DNA of 43,385 nucleotides, taken from positions 1 through 43,385 of the IMG/VR virus record IMGVR_UViG_2778261121_000005; one strand, given 5' to 3'. Origin of the DNA: a virus (lineage: Duplodnaviria; Heunggongvirae; Uroviricota; Caudoviricetes). The position numbers and the translations under genes are program-made. Below the pieces are notes generated by a model that saw only the letters and a list, made by a program, of their open reading frames with translations, was not told where the DNA came from and ran no database searches. Numbering within the stretch: position 1 is the first letter of the stretch; every line of letters begins with the position of its first letter. Positions 29,911 through 38,646 of this stretch are shown piece by piece.

Positions 29911-30728
29911 GCAATCCCCCTGTCTGCAAACTTCCCTTCCCGTACTCCCGTTAACGAATCTTCCCTCAGCAGGTAATCAAAATCAGCTGTCCAGCCCGTG
30001 TCGTTGTCTCCGAAGTAAAACGGCTTGGCCTGATGCACAAACGCCCTGACATACGCTCTGAAACCGTCCACGTTTGGCGTTTTCAGTTGCGGGATGATTT
30101 TCTTCAGGCGGCGTTTGCGTTTCTCGTTGACCGCAACAGCGTGTGGCAGTCTGTCACCGACTTCGGTGTTGTAGGCGTTCAGGAAGGATTCGTAGTCGAT
30201 TCGTTCTGCCTTGCGACGTTCAGGTTTAACCTGCCCATCGCCACCCCCGTTAGGGGGTAAGGGGGTATTTGTATTTATTGTCTTTTGTATATTGTCTTTT
30301 GTGTTTAGCTGACTTGGCTTATACCCATTAGCCGACTTGGCTAATGTTTTATTAGCTGTTTTAGCTAATGTTAAGCTGTCCTGGCTAATCCACTGAGAAA
30401 CCACCTTGTTCACTCCGATTTTCACGCCATCAGCAATGAGGAATTTACGCTCGATAAGCTGGCGCTTGGCAGCGCAAACATGAGTGTGATGAATACCTGT
30501 CATGGCTGCTATCTGCGTGTTTGTGAGTCGATCCATCGGCTTATTGAATCCGTATGTCTTGCGCATGATAGCGAGCATCACCTTCAACTGCCGGACGGTT
30601 AAATCAGCCATCAGCAGACTGTCGGTAATCTCGTTAGCAACGCGCATGAAACCATCTTCGGTATCTGCCACGCGATGCTCCACGACCTCAAGTTGAGGCC
30701 TGTAATCAGCTAACTTAACGACGCCCAT
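29907..30728 (-). CDS. replication initiation protein (lambda O / P22 gp18-like) containing the origin
   Basis: 273 aa; N-terminal O-like DNA-binding region; iteron-bearing linker encoded at 30240..30380. Confidence 0.8.
   Translation of the reverse strand: MGVVKLADYRPQLEVVEHRVADTEDGFMRVANEITDSLLMADLTVRQLKVMLAIMRKTYGFNKPMDRLTNTQIAAMTGIHHTHVCAAKRQLIERKFLIADGVKIGVNKVVSQWISQDSLTLAKTANKTLAKSANGYKPSQLNTKDNIQKTINTNTPLPPNGGGDGQVKPERRKAERIDYESFLNAYNTEVGDRLPHAVAVNEKRKRRLKKIIPQLKTPNVDGFRAYVRAFVHQAKPFYFGDNDTGWTADFDYLLREDSLTGVREGKFADRGIA
30276..30372. repeat. candidate replication origin iterons inside the initiator gene
   Basis: Tandem ATTGTCTTTTGT x2 (30278..30303), TTAGCTGACTTGGCT / TTAGCCGACTTGGCT (30305..30319, 30328..30342), repeated TAGCTAATGTT motifs; adjacent G-rich CCCCCGTTAGGGGGTAAGGGGG. 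Confidence 0.65.
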
Positions 30729-30876
30729 GTTTCACTCCTGCTTTGGCTAGTCTGTAAACACCAACAAGGCGCTCTGCGAACGCCCTGTTATTTGCTGCGG
30801 CTACCACTAATCCCTCAGGTGAATCAGGGTGTCGAATCTCTTCTTTTTCCTGGTATTTCTTACGACGTTTTGTCAT
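30715..30876 (-). CDS. hypothetical small basic protein (53 aa) between cII-like and initiator genes
   Basis: ATG with SD AGGAG at 6-nt spacing; stop overlaps the initiator start; not in ORF track (under 60 aa). Confidence 0.4.
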   Translation of the reverse strand: MTKRRKKYQEKEEIRHPDSPEGLVVAAANNRAFAERLVGVYRLAKAGVKHGRR

Positions 30877-30908
30877 AATTACTCCTGTGGATTGATCCAG
30901 TAATTCCC

Positions 30909-31205
30909 TCAGAATTGCATATCAATTTGCTTAAAATCCTCGGCGGCCACCGGGGATTTTTTCTTTGTGATTTCATCAAGCGCATACTTAAAAGCCCTGC
31001 TAATCGGACTGATGTCTGATGCCATTCCGAAAGCACACAAGACCGAAGCAATAAATCTCCAGTCCGTTCTGCTTATCTTCGATTCATGACAGCCAATCAT
31101 CTTTGCCAGACCGCGCTGGGTAAGCGTTGACAGGTTGATAAGTAAATCTGTTTCTGCGCGATCAACGTCGCGCTGTGATAGTTTGCTGTAACTTGTTTGT
31201 TCCAT
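30909..31205 (-). CDS. cII: CII-like transcriptional activator
   Basis: 98 aa immediately downstream of cro and nutR; HTH segment ...GLAKMIGCHESKISRTDWRF... analogous to lambda CII. Confidence 0.75.
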   Translation of the reverse strand: MEQTSYSKLSQRDVDRAETDLLINLSTLTQRGLAKMIGCHESKISRTDWRFIASVLCAFGMASDISPISRAFKYALDEITKKKSPVAAEDFKQIDMQF

Positions 31206-31269
31206 TTCTTATGATTTCCATAGGTAAATAATCACTAATACTCATCTTTCGATGAGCGATTAATTAGTT

Positions 31270-31304
31270 ACCGCGTTGTCGGCGGTGCAGATTGATAAAG
31301 AGCG
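31270..31304 (-). promoter_or_regulatory. nutR (boxA + boxB)
   Basis: On the minus strand boxA CGCTCTTTA, then boxB hairpin ACCGCCGACAACGCGGT, between cro and cII. Confidence 0.75.
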
Positions 31305-31314
31305 GATCCGCTTA

Positions 31315-31530
31315 TTAAGCGGCTTTGTGTTCCGGCGGGAACACGTCATCAAGACTGACTTTTGCGCCTAACTTGTTTAGGCACGCAACAAGAGCACGGC
31401 ATGTTTTAAGGTCTGGGAAGCGACGACCAGATTCCCAATGTCCGATAGCTCCCTGTGTGCATCCAACCGCCTTAGCAAGTGTTGTTTGAGAGATATTCAG
31501 TGACTCTCGATATTTTCGTAGGTTGCTCAT
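31315..31530 (-). CDS. cro: Cro-like repressor (HTH)
   Basis: 71 aa from internal ATG with SD GGAGGG; HTH QTTLAKAVGCTQGAIGHWESG; divergent from the repressor gene. Confidence 0.8.
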   Translation of the reverse strand: MSNLRKYRESLNISQTTLAKAVGCTQGAIGHWESGRRFPDLKTCRALVACLNKLGAKVSLDDVFPPEHKAA

Positions 31531-31554
31531 ATGCCCTCCATAGTAACCATGAAA

Positions 31555-31631
31555 CAATAATACGATATGTACTTTTGGAATGCAAACAAAAAATACATCT
31601 TGTGCATGGATGGTTTTAGTACATAGCGTAA
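31555..31631. promoter_or_regulatory. right operator/promoter region (OR, PR, PRM) with GTAC-type operator sites
   Basis: Inverted near-identical 12-mers TACGATATGTAC (31561..31572) and GTACATAGCGTA (31619..31630); minus-strand PR candidate TTTGCA-N18-TATTAT overlapping the first site. Confidence 0.6.
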
Positions 31632-31641
31632 TAATAAGGAT

Positions 31642-32301
31642 ATGAAAATGAAATGGTATGAACTGGCTAGATCCAGAATGAAAGAGCTCGGCATAACTCA
31701 AGAGAAGTTAGCTGAAGAGCTTGGTATGACGCAGGGTGGAATTGGTCACTGGTTGCGCGGATCTCGTCATCCATCTCTTGACGAGATTGGTGTGGTGTTT
31801 AAATACCTTGGTATTGATAACGTCTCATTCAACCACGACGGTACATTTTCACCTGCTGGCGAATACTCATCTGCCCCCGTTAAAAAACAATATGAGTACC
31901 CTGTTTTTTCTCATGTTCAGGCCGGGATGTTCTCGCCTGAGCTTAGAACCTTTACCAAAGGTGATGCGGAGAGATGGGTCAGCACAACCAAAAAAGCCAG
32001 TGATTGTGCGTTTTGGCTTGAAGTTGAAGGTAATTCCATGACCGCACCAACAGGATCCAAGCCAAGCTTTCCTGACGGAATGTTAATTCTCGTTGACCCT
32101 GAGCAGGCTGTTGAGCCAGGAGATTTCTGCATAGCCAGACTTGGCGGTGACGAGTTTACCTTCAAGAAACTGATCAGGGATAGCGGTCAGGTGTTCCTAC
32201 AACCACTAAACCCGCAATATCCAATGATCCCATGCAATGATAGCTGTTCCGTAGTAGGGAAAGTTATCGCCAGCCAGTGGCCTGAAGAGACATTTAGTTA
32301 A
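31642..32301 (+). CDS. cI: prophage repressor (CI / P22 C2-like, LexA-type S24 peptidase domain)
   Basis: 219 aa; N-terminal HTH ([25 protein letters not shown]); C-terminal domain resembles P22 C2 ([13 protein letters not shown]...LVDPE...FKKL...PLNPQYPMI). Confidence 0.9.
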   Translation: MKMKWYELARSRMKELGITQEKLAEELGMTQGGIGHWLRGSRHPSLDEIGVVFKYLGIDNVSFNHDGTFSPAGEYSSAPVKKQYEYPVFSHVQAGMFSPELRTFTKGDAERWVSTTKKASDCAFWLEVEGNSMTAPTGSKPSFPDGMLILVDPEQAVEPGDFCIARLGGDEFTFKKLIRDSGQVFLQPLNPQYPMIPCNDSCSVVGKVIASQWPEETFS

Positions 32302-32332
32302 CAGCCTCACCACTCTAAAACACACAACAATA

Positions 32333-32361
32333 ACCCGACCTTAGCGTCGGGTTTTCTTTTT
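32333..32361 (+). terminator. rho-independent terminator after the repressor gene
   Basis: ACCCGAC-cttagc-GTCGGGT followed by TTTCTTTTT. Confidence 0.7.
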
Positions 32362-32426
32362 CCAAAATATAAATCAATAAAATACAAAGTGTTATAAAAA
32401 ACCAACCACATTTAGAACATTTTGTA

Positions 32427-32455
32427 TTGACTCAATAAAGTACACATCGTACTAT
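32427..32455 (+). promoter_or_regulatory. PL promoter with overlapping OL operator
   Basis: TTGACT-N17-TACTAT; operator-like AGTACACATCGTACT (32439..32453) shares the GTACA.A.CGTA pattern with the OR sites. Confidence 0.65.
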
Positions 32456-32501
32456 TTAGCCATCAGCAGGAAGCTGGAAGCCAAACGGAACAGATTGGCA
32501 G

Positions 32502-32535
32502 GCTCTTTAACTTCGATGGGGCGCTGACAAAGCGC
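32502..32535 (+). promoter_or_regulatory. nutL (boxA + boxB)
   Basis: boxA-like GCTCTTTAA then boxB hairpin GCGCTGACAAAGCGC (matches P22 boxB as recalled). Confidence 0.75.
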
Positions 32536-32654
32536 AAACAGATACCAAACGAGATGGGTTTGGCGGTGATGTGAATTGCAGCTGCAACGACAGCAACCAG
32601 AAGATCAGCACCTGGCGCATCACCACCAAAGCCATTTCACATGAGGAAAATATC

Positions 32655-32963
32655 ATGACGGTAATCGTGTACGGAAAATCAACATTTGCAGGAAATGCCA
32701 AAACTCGCCGTCATGAGCGGCGCAGAAAGCTGGCTATCGAGCGTGATGCTATATGCAACATCATCGATTCGATCTTCGGCACAGACAGTGAGGAACCTGT
32801 TCAGGAAGCCCCGAGAAAGCGTTTAAGCATTTCTGAAAAAGCAATATCACTCGGCATCATTAGCAAATCAAATACAGATGCGAATAGCGGAAGCGTTTGT
32901 TTGCCTGAAGTCGCACTGTATGCTGCTGGTTACAGAAGGCAAAAACTAATTACAGCGAGGTAA
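32655..32963 (+). CDS. N-type antiterminator (P22 gp24-like)
   Basis: 102 aa MTVIVYGKSTFAGNAKTRRHERRRKLAIERDAICNIIDSIFG...; arginine-rich motif; SD GAGGAAAA. Confidence 0.85.
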   Translation: MTVIVYGKSTFAGNAKTRRHERRRKLAIERDAICNIIDSIFGTDSEEPVQEAPRKRLSISEKAISLGIISKSNTDANSGSVCLPEVALYAAGYRRQKLITAR

Positions 32964-32965
32964 AA

Positions 32966-33244
32966 ATGAAGCCTAGCATAACAATCAAGCCAGCGAGAGA
33001 TAATAGCAGGAACCGCCGCAGAGAGGCCAGGAAGGCAGAAAGAGCAGAGAAGGAAAACAAGAGCCGGGAGGAGAGAAAGGCAGAGATTTTGGAAAAAGGA
33101 GGATTGGCTGCCGTGAGGGGTGAAAAAGCAGCTGAATTAGCAGTAGCTCACGAAAAGACAGAGATTGACAATAATTCTGGTGGAGATGCAATGTTTAAAG
33201 TTGTCAATCACGCCCATCAACGAAACCCCAAAAAGAAATGGTAA
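32966..33244 (+). CDS. hypothetical Lys/Arg/Glu-rich protein (92 aa)
   Basis: ORF starting 3 nt after the antiterminator stop; highly charged; followed by a terminator. Confidence 0.45.
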   Translation: MKPSITIKPARDNSRNRRREARKAERAEKENKSREERKAEILEKGGLAAVRGEKAAELAVAHEKTEIDNNSGGDAMFKVVNHAHQRNPKKKW

Positions 33245-33246
33245 TC

Positions 33247-33270
33247 AACCCGTCCAAGACGGGTTTTTTA
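33247..33270 (+). terminator. rho-independent terminator in the early-left operon
   Basis: CCCGTC-caa-GACGGG followed by TTTTTT. Confidence 0.7.
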
Positions 33271-33371
33271 TTGCAAGCAAACCACTTATTTGAGGTGAGA
33301 TATGGAAGAAGAATTTGAAGAGTTCGAAGAGCATCCGCAGGATGTGATGGAACAATACCAGGACTATCCGT

Positions 33372-33572
33372 ATGACTACGACTATTGATAAAAATCAATG
33401 GTGTGGACAATTCAAGCGATGCAATGGATGCAAGCTGCAATCGGAATGCATGGTTAAGCCTGAAGAAATGTTTCCTGTAATGGAAGATGGGAAATATGTC
33501 GATAAATGGGCAATACGAACGACGGCAATGATTGCCAGAGAACTTGGTAAACAGAATAACAAGGCTGCCTGA
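33372..33572 (+). CDS. ral: restriction alleviation protein Ral
   Basis: 66 aa MTTTIDKNQWCGQFKRCNGCKLQSECMVKPEEMFPVMEDGKYVDKWAIRTTAMIARELGKQNNKAA, matches lambda Ral as recalled. Confidence 0.85.
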   Translation: MTTTIDKNQWCGQFKRCNGCKLQSECMVKPEEMFPVMEDGKYVDKWAIRTTAMIARELGKQNNKAA

Positions 33573-33599
33573 TGGTGGCCTTTATTTTTAAGGTGCTAT

Positions 33600-33842
33600 A
33601 TGAAAATTAAAACTATGGGCGCAAGCCCATTAAGCGGTCGTATTTTTCAAGGAACATTAAACACTGAAAAAGGAATGTGGGTAGGAAAGAAAGAAGATGT
33701 CACCGAACAGGCAGTTAAGGCAGTAGCTGAACACCTGATGATAAAAGACCAGAAATACGCATACGAAACGAAGGATGGCAAATGGCTGATAATAAGCCAT
33801 CAACTGGTTGATAAATTACCAGAAGATTTTATTGCTGATTAA
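33600..33842 (+). CDS. hypothetical protein (80 aa)
   Basis: ORF between ral and cIII; no recognisable motif. Confidence 0.45.
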   Translation: MKIKTMGASPLSGRIFQGTLNTEKGMWVGKKEDVTEQAVKAVAEHLMIKDQKYAYETKDGKWLIISHQLVDKLPEDFIAD

Positions 33843-34060
33843 AATTTTTTTGGCATAAACAACAGAATAAACACTGCACTGTGTATTCATTCCAACGAGT
33901 GAATACACGGAGCAATGTTGCTCGTAACTAAACAGGAGCCGACTTGTTCTGATTATTGGAAATCTTCTTTGCCCTCCAGTGTGAGGGCTTTTTTATATGC
34001 ATACCAATAACGCTTCACTCGAGGCGTTTTCGTTATGCAATCAAATATAAGGAGTTACCC

Positions 34061-34195
34061 ATGATGCACTTTCAGCTCGCGGGTAGCGGCGTCATGTCCG
34101 CTTTCTACCCGCACGAATCTGAATTATCACGCCGAGTTAAACAATTAATCAGAGCAGCAAAGAAACAACTGGAGGCGTTATGCGCAATGAAATAG
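34061..34195 (+). CDS. cIII: CIII-like protein (FtsH inhibitor)
   Basis: 44 aa from ATG with SD AAGGAG; ...LAGSGVMSAFYPHESELSRRVKQLIRAAKK parallels the lambda CIII amphipathic region. Confidence 0.7.
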   Translation: MMHFQLAGSGVMSAFYPHESELSRRVKQLIRAAKKQLEALCAMK

Positions 34196-34332
34196 CCATT
34201 AATCACCAGATGCTTCGTGCTGCACAGAACAAAGCAGTAATAGCCCGATTTATTGGTGATTCAAAAATGTGGCTTGAAGCAAATAAAGCGATGAAATCAG
34301 CTATCAACCTTCCGTGGTATCGCAGGAAATGA
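34180..34332 (+). CDS. kil: Kil-like host division inhibitor
   Basis: 50 aa; ARFIGDSKMWLEANKAMKSAI resembles lambda Kil; overlaps the cIII end; not in ORF track (under 60 aa). Confidence 0.6.
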   Translation: MRNEIAINHQMLRAAQNKAVIARFIGDSKMWLEANKAMKSAINLPWYRRK

Positions 34333-34413
34333 GTTTTACAGATAACTGGTCAGACGAAGAATTCATTCGTCAGATGAAAGAAATGCTCAATCAGCACAAA
34401 GAACAGGAGAAAG

Positions 34414-34725
34414 ATGATGATTCTGACTCTGAATGATAAGCGTGAAATATCGCAAATAATCGCAAGTTTTACTGATGAAGATTACGAACGAATCAACAGT
34501 GAAGTTGATCGCCTCTGCAAACGTTGCGACCCAATAAGCGAAATGCTTCGCTCATATAAACCAGATGAACACACTAAGGACGCTATCGACTGGCTGGAAG
34601 ATGATGACTGTAACTATCAGGAAAAAGCCGCTGAATGGTTCTGGGATGCAATAACCGAAAGAGTTAAGGCTGAATATGCCTTCGCAATATTCAAACGCAG
34701 ACACATTTTTGGAGAAGCTGCATGA
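34414..34725 (+). CDS. hypothetical acidic protein (103 aa) upstream of recT
   Basis: Stop overlaps the recT start (ATGA); acidic, Trp-rich. Confidence 0.5.
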   Translation: MMILTLNDKREISQIIASFTDEDYERINSEVDRLCKRCDPISEMLRSYKPDEHTKDAIDWLEDDDCNYQEKAAEWFWDAITERVKAEYAFAIFKRRHIFGEAA

Positions 34726-35633
34726 GCAATATCGTTGAATTCGTTAAACAGCAGGAGCAGTTATTCTGCGGAGCATTGACTGAACAGACGGTGACATGGG
34801 CTAAGGAAAGCCAGTTTGCAATTCAGTATTTCCAGAAAAACGATTACCTGGCTAAAACAGCACTGGCAAATCCAACCAGCGCACAGAACGCCATCATCAA
34901 TGTTGCGGCGATCGGCATCACCTTAAACCCGGCCAGCAAACTGGCTTATCTGGTTCCTCGCGACGGCATGGTGTGCCTTGATATCAGCTATATGGGATTG
35001 CTCCATATTGCAATGGAGTCTGGTGTTATCTCATGGGGTCAGGCAAAACTTGTTCATGCTAACGATACCTATGAGTCAAACGGGCTTGATAAAGCACCAA
35101 CCCATAAATACAACGCCTTCGGTGACCGTGGTGATATCGTTGGCGTTTACTGCACAGTTAAGACGCCAGCAGGTGATTATCTAACGGAAGAGATGAGTCT
35201 GGCTGAAATTGAGGCTGTAAGGAAAACAAGCAAGGCAGCATTCAGCGATAAAGGACCATGGGTAAATCACTGGAATGAGATGGCGCGAAAGACGGTCGTA
35301 AAGCGTGCAAGCAAGTATTGGCCTAAGGCATCACGCCTTGATAGTGCTATTCACGTACTAAACGAAGAAGAAGGCGTGTGGACCGAACCAGTTATGCCGC
35401 ACAAATCAGAGGAAGATATCCGCGAAGATGAACGGAAACGCCAGCAGGAAATAATGGATAAAGCACAACTTCTTTGCGATGAAATGGCTCAGGCAGAAAA
35501 CATGGATGATTTGAAGCGATATTTTGCAGAAGCATATCGCCTGACATCTGGAATGAAATTGCAGCAGAACGTACAAGCCATTTACATAGAATGCAAAGCG
35601 AAACTGGAGGTTGCCAGTGAGCAAACTGTATGA
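34722..35633 (+). CDS. recT: RecT-family single-strand annealing recombinase
   Basis: 303 aa; GPWVNHWNEMARKTVVKRASKYWP matches the conserved RecT segment. Confidence 0.85.
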   Translation: MSNIVEFVKQQEQLFCGALTEQTVTWAKESQFAIQYFQKNDYLAKTALANPTSAQNAIINVAAIGITLNPASKLAYLVPRDGMVCLDISYMGLLHIAMESGVISWGQAKLVHANDTYESNGLDKAPTHKYNAFGDRGDIVGVYCTVKTPAGDYLTEEMSLAEIEAVRKTSKAAFSDKGPWVNHWNEMARKTVVKRASKYWPKASRLDSAIHVLNEEEGVWTEPVMPHKSEEDIREDERKRQQEIMDKAQLLCDEMAQAENMDDLKRYFAEAYRLTSGMKLQQNVQAIYIECKAKLEVASEQTV

Positions 35634-36099
35634 AATTGCCAATGAATACGCAAAATTGATGGATTCAGATTTAGAACCAGAGATGATTGCTGACACAATA
35701 GAAGGCATGGAAGGAGAATTTACCGATAAAATAGAGCAACTTCTTGCCATTATTAAAAATGAATCTGGTTATGCTGAACGCCTCAAGGAAGAGGCAAAGT
35801 CACTGAATGAGCGAGCCGCAGTAATTCAAAATAAGATTGGCAGCATTATGGCGTATATAGCGTCATCGCTTGAAATGGTTGGCAAGAAAAAGATTAGAGC
35901 AGGTATTCACCAGGTAACAATCCGCAAACCGTCAGAAACTGTAGAAATCATCGACTCAAGCGCCCTTCCTCCTGAATACGTTGAGTTTGAAACGACAATT
36001 AAAGCCGACAAACTGGCAATCAAACACCAACTAAAAGCAGGAATAAATATCCCCGGCGCTCAACTCAAAGTTGGGAAACCTTCACTTCTTATCAAATAA
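35611..36099 (+). CDS. hypothetical protein, possibly Siphovirus Gp157-like
   Basis: 162 aa, acidic N-terminal half; family assignment from memory; start overlaps the recT end. Confidence 0.45.
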   Translation: MPVSKLYEIANEYAKLMDSDLEPEMIADTIEGMEGEFTDKIEQLLAIIKNESGYAERLKEEAKSLNERAAVIQNKIGSIMAYIASSLEMVGKKKIRAGIHQVTIRKPSETVEIIDSSALPPEYVEFETTIKADKLAIKHQLKAGINIPGAQLKVGKPSLLIK

Positions 36100-36110
36100 C
36101 GGTATCGCCT

Positions 36111-36425
36111 ATGAAAAAGACTCCATGGGAGAAATGGGAAGTCGATTTCTTGCGCGAAGTGGCGGCGACAATGCCAGTTGAAGTTATCGCTGAAAAACTG
36201 GAAAGGACTGAAAAAGCAGTAATGGCGAAAGCAACAAGGATTGGCGCTGACATTGTTAGCCGACTTCGTGGAAGACGCTGGACAAGAGCCGAAGTATCAC
36301 TTTTCGGTAAGTTCTCCGCAGAAGAAATAGCAATTGCAACCTGCCGCTCAATTTATTCAGTAAGAGCTATGCGATACAAGCTAAAAAAACTCGATGAAGA
36401 AAGAGCAGGCATACGAATAAATTAA
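36111..36425 (+). CDS. hypothetical protein with two internal HTH-like repeats
   Basis: 104 aa; repeated W-x2-E-V-x2-L ... IA ... R pattern ([10 protein letters not shown]...[12 protein letters not shown] and [10 protein letters not shown]...[12 protein letters not shown]). Confidence 0.45.
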   Translation: MKKTPWEKWEVDFLREVAATMPVEVIAEKLERTEKAVMAKATRIGADIVSRLRGRRWTRAEVSLFGKFSAEEIAIATCRSIYSVRAMRYKLKKLDEERAGIRIN

Positions 36426-36441
36426 CAAAGAGGAATTTACA

Positions 36442-36606
36442 ATGAGAGGACTTGCATACAATCCCGGCATTCTTCCGGCAGAAATGATTATTCGCCAACG
36501 CGTAAAGCCAATGCCATCGAGAGAGGAATTGCTTAAAAGAAAGAGTTTCGGTTCTGTTAATGACAACAAATATCTGAATGCGATGTGGCGGAGTGGGAAG
36601 AAATGA
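36442..36606 (+). CDS. hypothetical small protein (54 aa)
   Basis: SD AAAGAGGAA upstream; stop overlaps the next start (ATGA); not in ORF track. Confidence 0.4.
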   Translation: MRGLAYNPGILPAEMIIRQRVKPMPSREELLKRKSFGSVNDNKYLNAMWRSGKK

Positions 36607-37274
36607 AACAAATGTCACTAATTGAGATGGATGGTTTTCTGAAAGGTAAATGCATCCCAAGTGATTTAAAGGTTAACGAAACAAACGCTGAATATCTGGT
36701 GCGTAAATTTGCTGAAGCGGAGGCCAAGATTTCGGCTCTGTCCGAAGACCACCAGAGAGCGATTGAGTCAATTAAGCAGGCTGATGCGGCTGTTAAGTTG
36801 GCACACGAGAAGTTTTCGGCTCTGGCTGCTGAGAATGCTCGCTACTCAATGTCAGCAGGGCAAGCAGACCAAAGAATGTCGGAGTCGTGCGCAGTTCGGG
36901 AGGCACTTGGGTTTAATCGGTCAGCTGACGACGTGTCACCATCTGACCTGGTAGATAAAATCAAATCTATCATAGCTGAATGTGATGCTATCCGTAGCGC
37001 ACACCCTCAACCACTTGGCCCTGTAATGGATGCTGCAATCGATGCATTTAATGCAGAGGAGATGCCTGAAACCGGAATGCTTAACGCGTACTTCATCCTG
37101 CGTGACAGCATCACGGTGCAAACTCCGTCCACTGACGCCTTCCTGGCTGAAGTGCGGGCGCGTGGTGTGGAGATGTTTGCTGCCAGCCTGAAGGTTGTTG
37201 GTGGTCAAGAGCATCCATATTCATCGTTGGCTCACGAGTTCGCAACCCAGCTTCGCAAAGGAGGCAACCAGTGA
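36603..37274 (+). CDS. hypothetical protein (223 aa)
   Basis: ATG overlapping the upstream stop; coiled-coil-like N-terminal half. Confidence 0.5.
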   Translation: MKQMSLIEMDGFLKGKCIPSDLKVNETNAEYLVRKFAEAEAKISALSEDHQRAIESIKQADAAVKLAHEKFSALAAENARYSMSAGQADQRMSESCAVREALGFNRSADDVSPSDLVDKIKSIIAECDAIRSAHPQPLGPVMDAAIDAFNAEEMPETGMLNAYFILRDSITVQTPSTDAFLAEVRARGVEMFAASLKVVGGQEHPYSSLAHEFATQLRKGGNQ

Positions 37275-37714
37275 GCAAGATTGATTATCAAAAGCTTCGT
37301 GAAATCGCTGAAAAAACAAAAATTGCTGGTGAAGCACCTGTAATGCCTTTCGATCAGCGAATTAATGCGCTTAACGATTTTATGAAGCACTTTTCGCCAG
37401 ATATCGCGCTGGTATTGTTGGATGAACGGGAAAGAAACCAGCAATACATCAAATCCCGCGACCAGGAGAACGAGGATATTGCGCTAACGGTAGGGAAGTT
37501 GCGCGTTGAGCTTGAGGCAGAAAAACAGCGGGCAAAGGATCTGTTTATGGAAAATGCTCGGCTTAAGTCAGGTATAGCCGGTCTGATACACCTCGGTATT
37601 CGATATGCAGATGTTGATGTCATGAAAATTGCTGGAGATGCCCAGCTTTCTACCCCATGCACTGACAGCATCATAAACAGCATTGCAACAGGCATTCGCA
37701 TCAAAGGAGAGTGA
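37271..37714 (+). CDS. hypothetical protein, possibly Ead/Ea22-like
   Basis: 147 aa beginning [15 protein letters not shown]; coiled-coil middle; typical position in the lambdoid early-left accessory region. Confidence 0.5.
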   Translation: MSKIDYQKLREIAEKTKIAGEAPVMPFDQRINALNDFMKHFSPDIALVLLDERERNQQYIKSRDQENEDIALTVGKLRVELEAEKQRAKDLFMENARLKSGIAGLIHLGIRYADVDVMKIAGDAQLSTPCTDSIINSIATGIRIKGE

Positions 37715-37715
37715 T

Positions 37716-37925
37716 ATGGCTATCGCTGCAAGTTACACCATGCATCTCTATTGTGACTGCCGCCAGTGTACGGAAGGTGTATATCCAGTGCCAGACTTCG
37801 GTGAGTATATCGGTACGTCATGGTCTGGTTGTGCAAAAGAGGCCCGTAAAGACGGGTGGCGAATAAGTAAAGACAAAACACGTGCTTTTGCGCCCGGGCA
37901 TAAAGTTTTGAGGATTAACAAATGA
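37716..37925 (+). CDS. hypothetical Cys-containing small protein (69 aa)
   Basis: Internal ATG after SD AAAGGAGAGTGAT; CDCRQC motif. Confidence 0.45.
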   Translation: MAIAASYTMHLYCDCRQCTEGVYPVPDFGEYIGTSWSGCAKEARKDGWRISKDKTRAFAPGHKVLRINK

Positions 37926-38284
37926 CCACTATTACCAAAGAACGTATCGAATTATTCATTAAAAATCCGCTTGATAACGGGCTTACCCGTGGCGAACAAA
38001 TGGAACTGGCACGAATTGCGCTGGCATCACTGGAAGCCGAACCGGTTGCAGTAAACGACGACATGGCTTACGCATTCCATCACGCATTGTCAGATTCATC
38101 GCTAGGCGCTGATGAAGTAGAGGAAATTAAGGCCGGTTTGCGTGCTGCCTTTGCCAACGTCACTATCCAACCAGAGCCGGTAGTGCCGGATGAAATCGAG
38201 CCAGACGATAGCAATACGTTTGATTATGTTGATGGCTGGAACGCCTGCCGCGCTGCCATGCTTCAGGGTAAGGGAGGTGAGTAA
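37922..38284 (+). CDS. hypothetical protein sharing an N-terminal module with the 39159..39698 gene
   Basis: 120 aa; ITKER...ELARIALASLEAEPV shared with the downstream paralogue at protein and DNA level. Confidence 0.5.
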   Translation: MTTITKERIELFIKNPLDNGLTRGEQMELARIALASLEAEPVAVNDDMAYAFHHALSDSSLGADEVEEIKAGLRAAFANVTIQPEPVVPDEIEPDDSNTFDYVDGWNACRAAMLQGKGGE

Positions 38285-38460
38285 TGCGTGTGGCATTTTT
38301 CGGCTTGTTACCGTACCCGACTCGTTTTTGGGCTTCTGCGCTAATTGCAAAGCCACATGTCCTGATGGCTGACAACATCATCCCGGCACCAAAGCGCCGC
38401 CATACCGGTATTGCAGCGGCACGACGAGCAGCAAAGAGACGCAGGAGAGCAAAGCGATGA
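38284..38460 (+). CDS. hypothetical small, highly basic protein (58 aa)
   Basis: SD GGGAGGTGA; ATG overlaps upstream stop (TAATG); C-terminus RRHTGIAAARRAAKRRRRAKR; not in ORF track. Confidence 0.4.
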   Translation: MRVAFFGLLPYPTRFWASALIAKPHVLMADNIIPAPKRRHTGIAAARRAAKRRRRAKR

Positions 38461-38645
38461 AAAACCGTAAAGCAAAGATTCTGTTAGTTCGTAGAAACGC
38501 TCCTGGCGTCTGGCAGTGGGTGAGACTCAGCAACCGACGGATGGGGTTGATGAAATATTACGGGATGATGGATTGTGGTTTTTGCAAAAAGCCCAGCGCG
38601 GCGCAAAACCGCTGGAAAAACCACTTGCGCACTAAAGGAGAGTGA
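38457..38645 (+). CDS. hypothetical small protein (62 aa)
   Basis: ATGA overlap with the upstream ORF; Cys/Trp-containing. Confidence 0.4.
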   Translation: MKNRKAKILLVRRNAPGVWQWVRLSNRRMGLMKYYGMMDCGFCKKPSAAQNRWKNHLRTKGE

Positions 38646-38646
38646 T

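Noticed and set aside
33301-33387. 28-aa highly acidic ORF (MEEEFEEFEEHPQDVMEQYQDYPYDYDY) with a strong SD upstream of ral
   Set aside because: It overlaps the ral start in another frame and is very short; it may be a leader peptide or chance ORF, and nothing else supports it.
34329-34436. 35-aa ORF (MSFTDNWSDEEFIRQMKEMLNQHKEQEKDDDSDSE) between kil and the 103-aa gene
   Set aside because: Short, no clear ribosome-binding site, and it overlaps both neighbouring genes; not enough evidence to call it.
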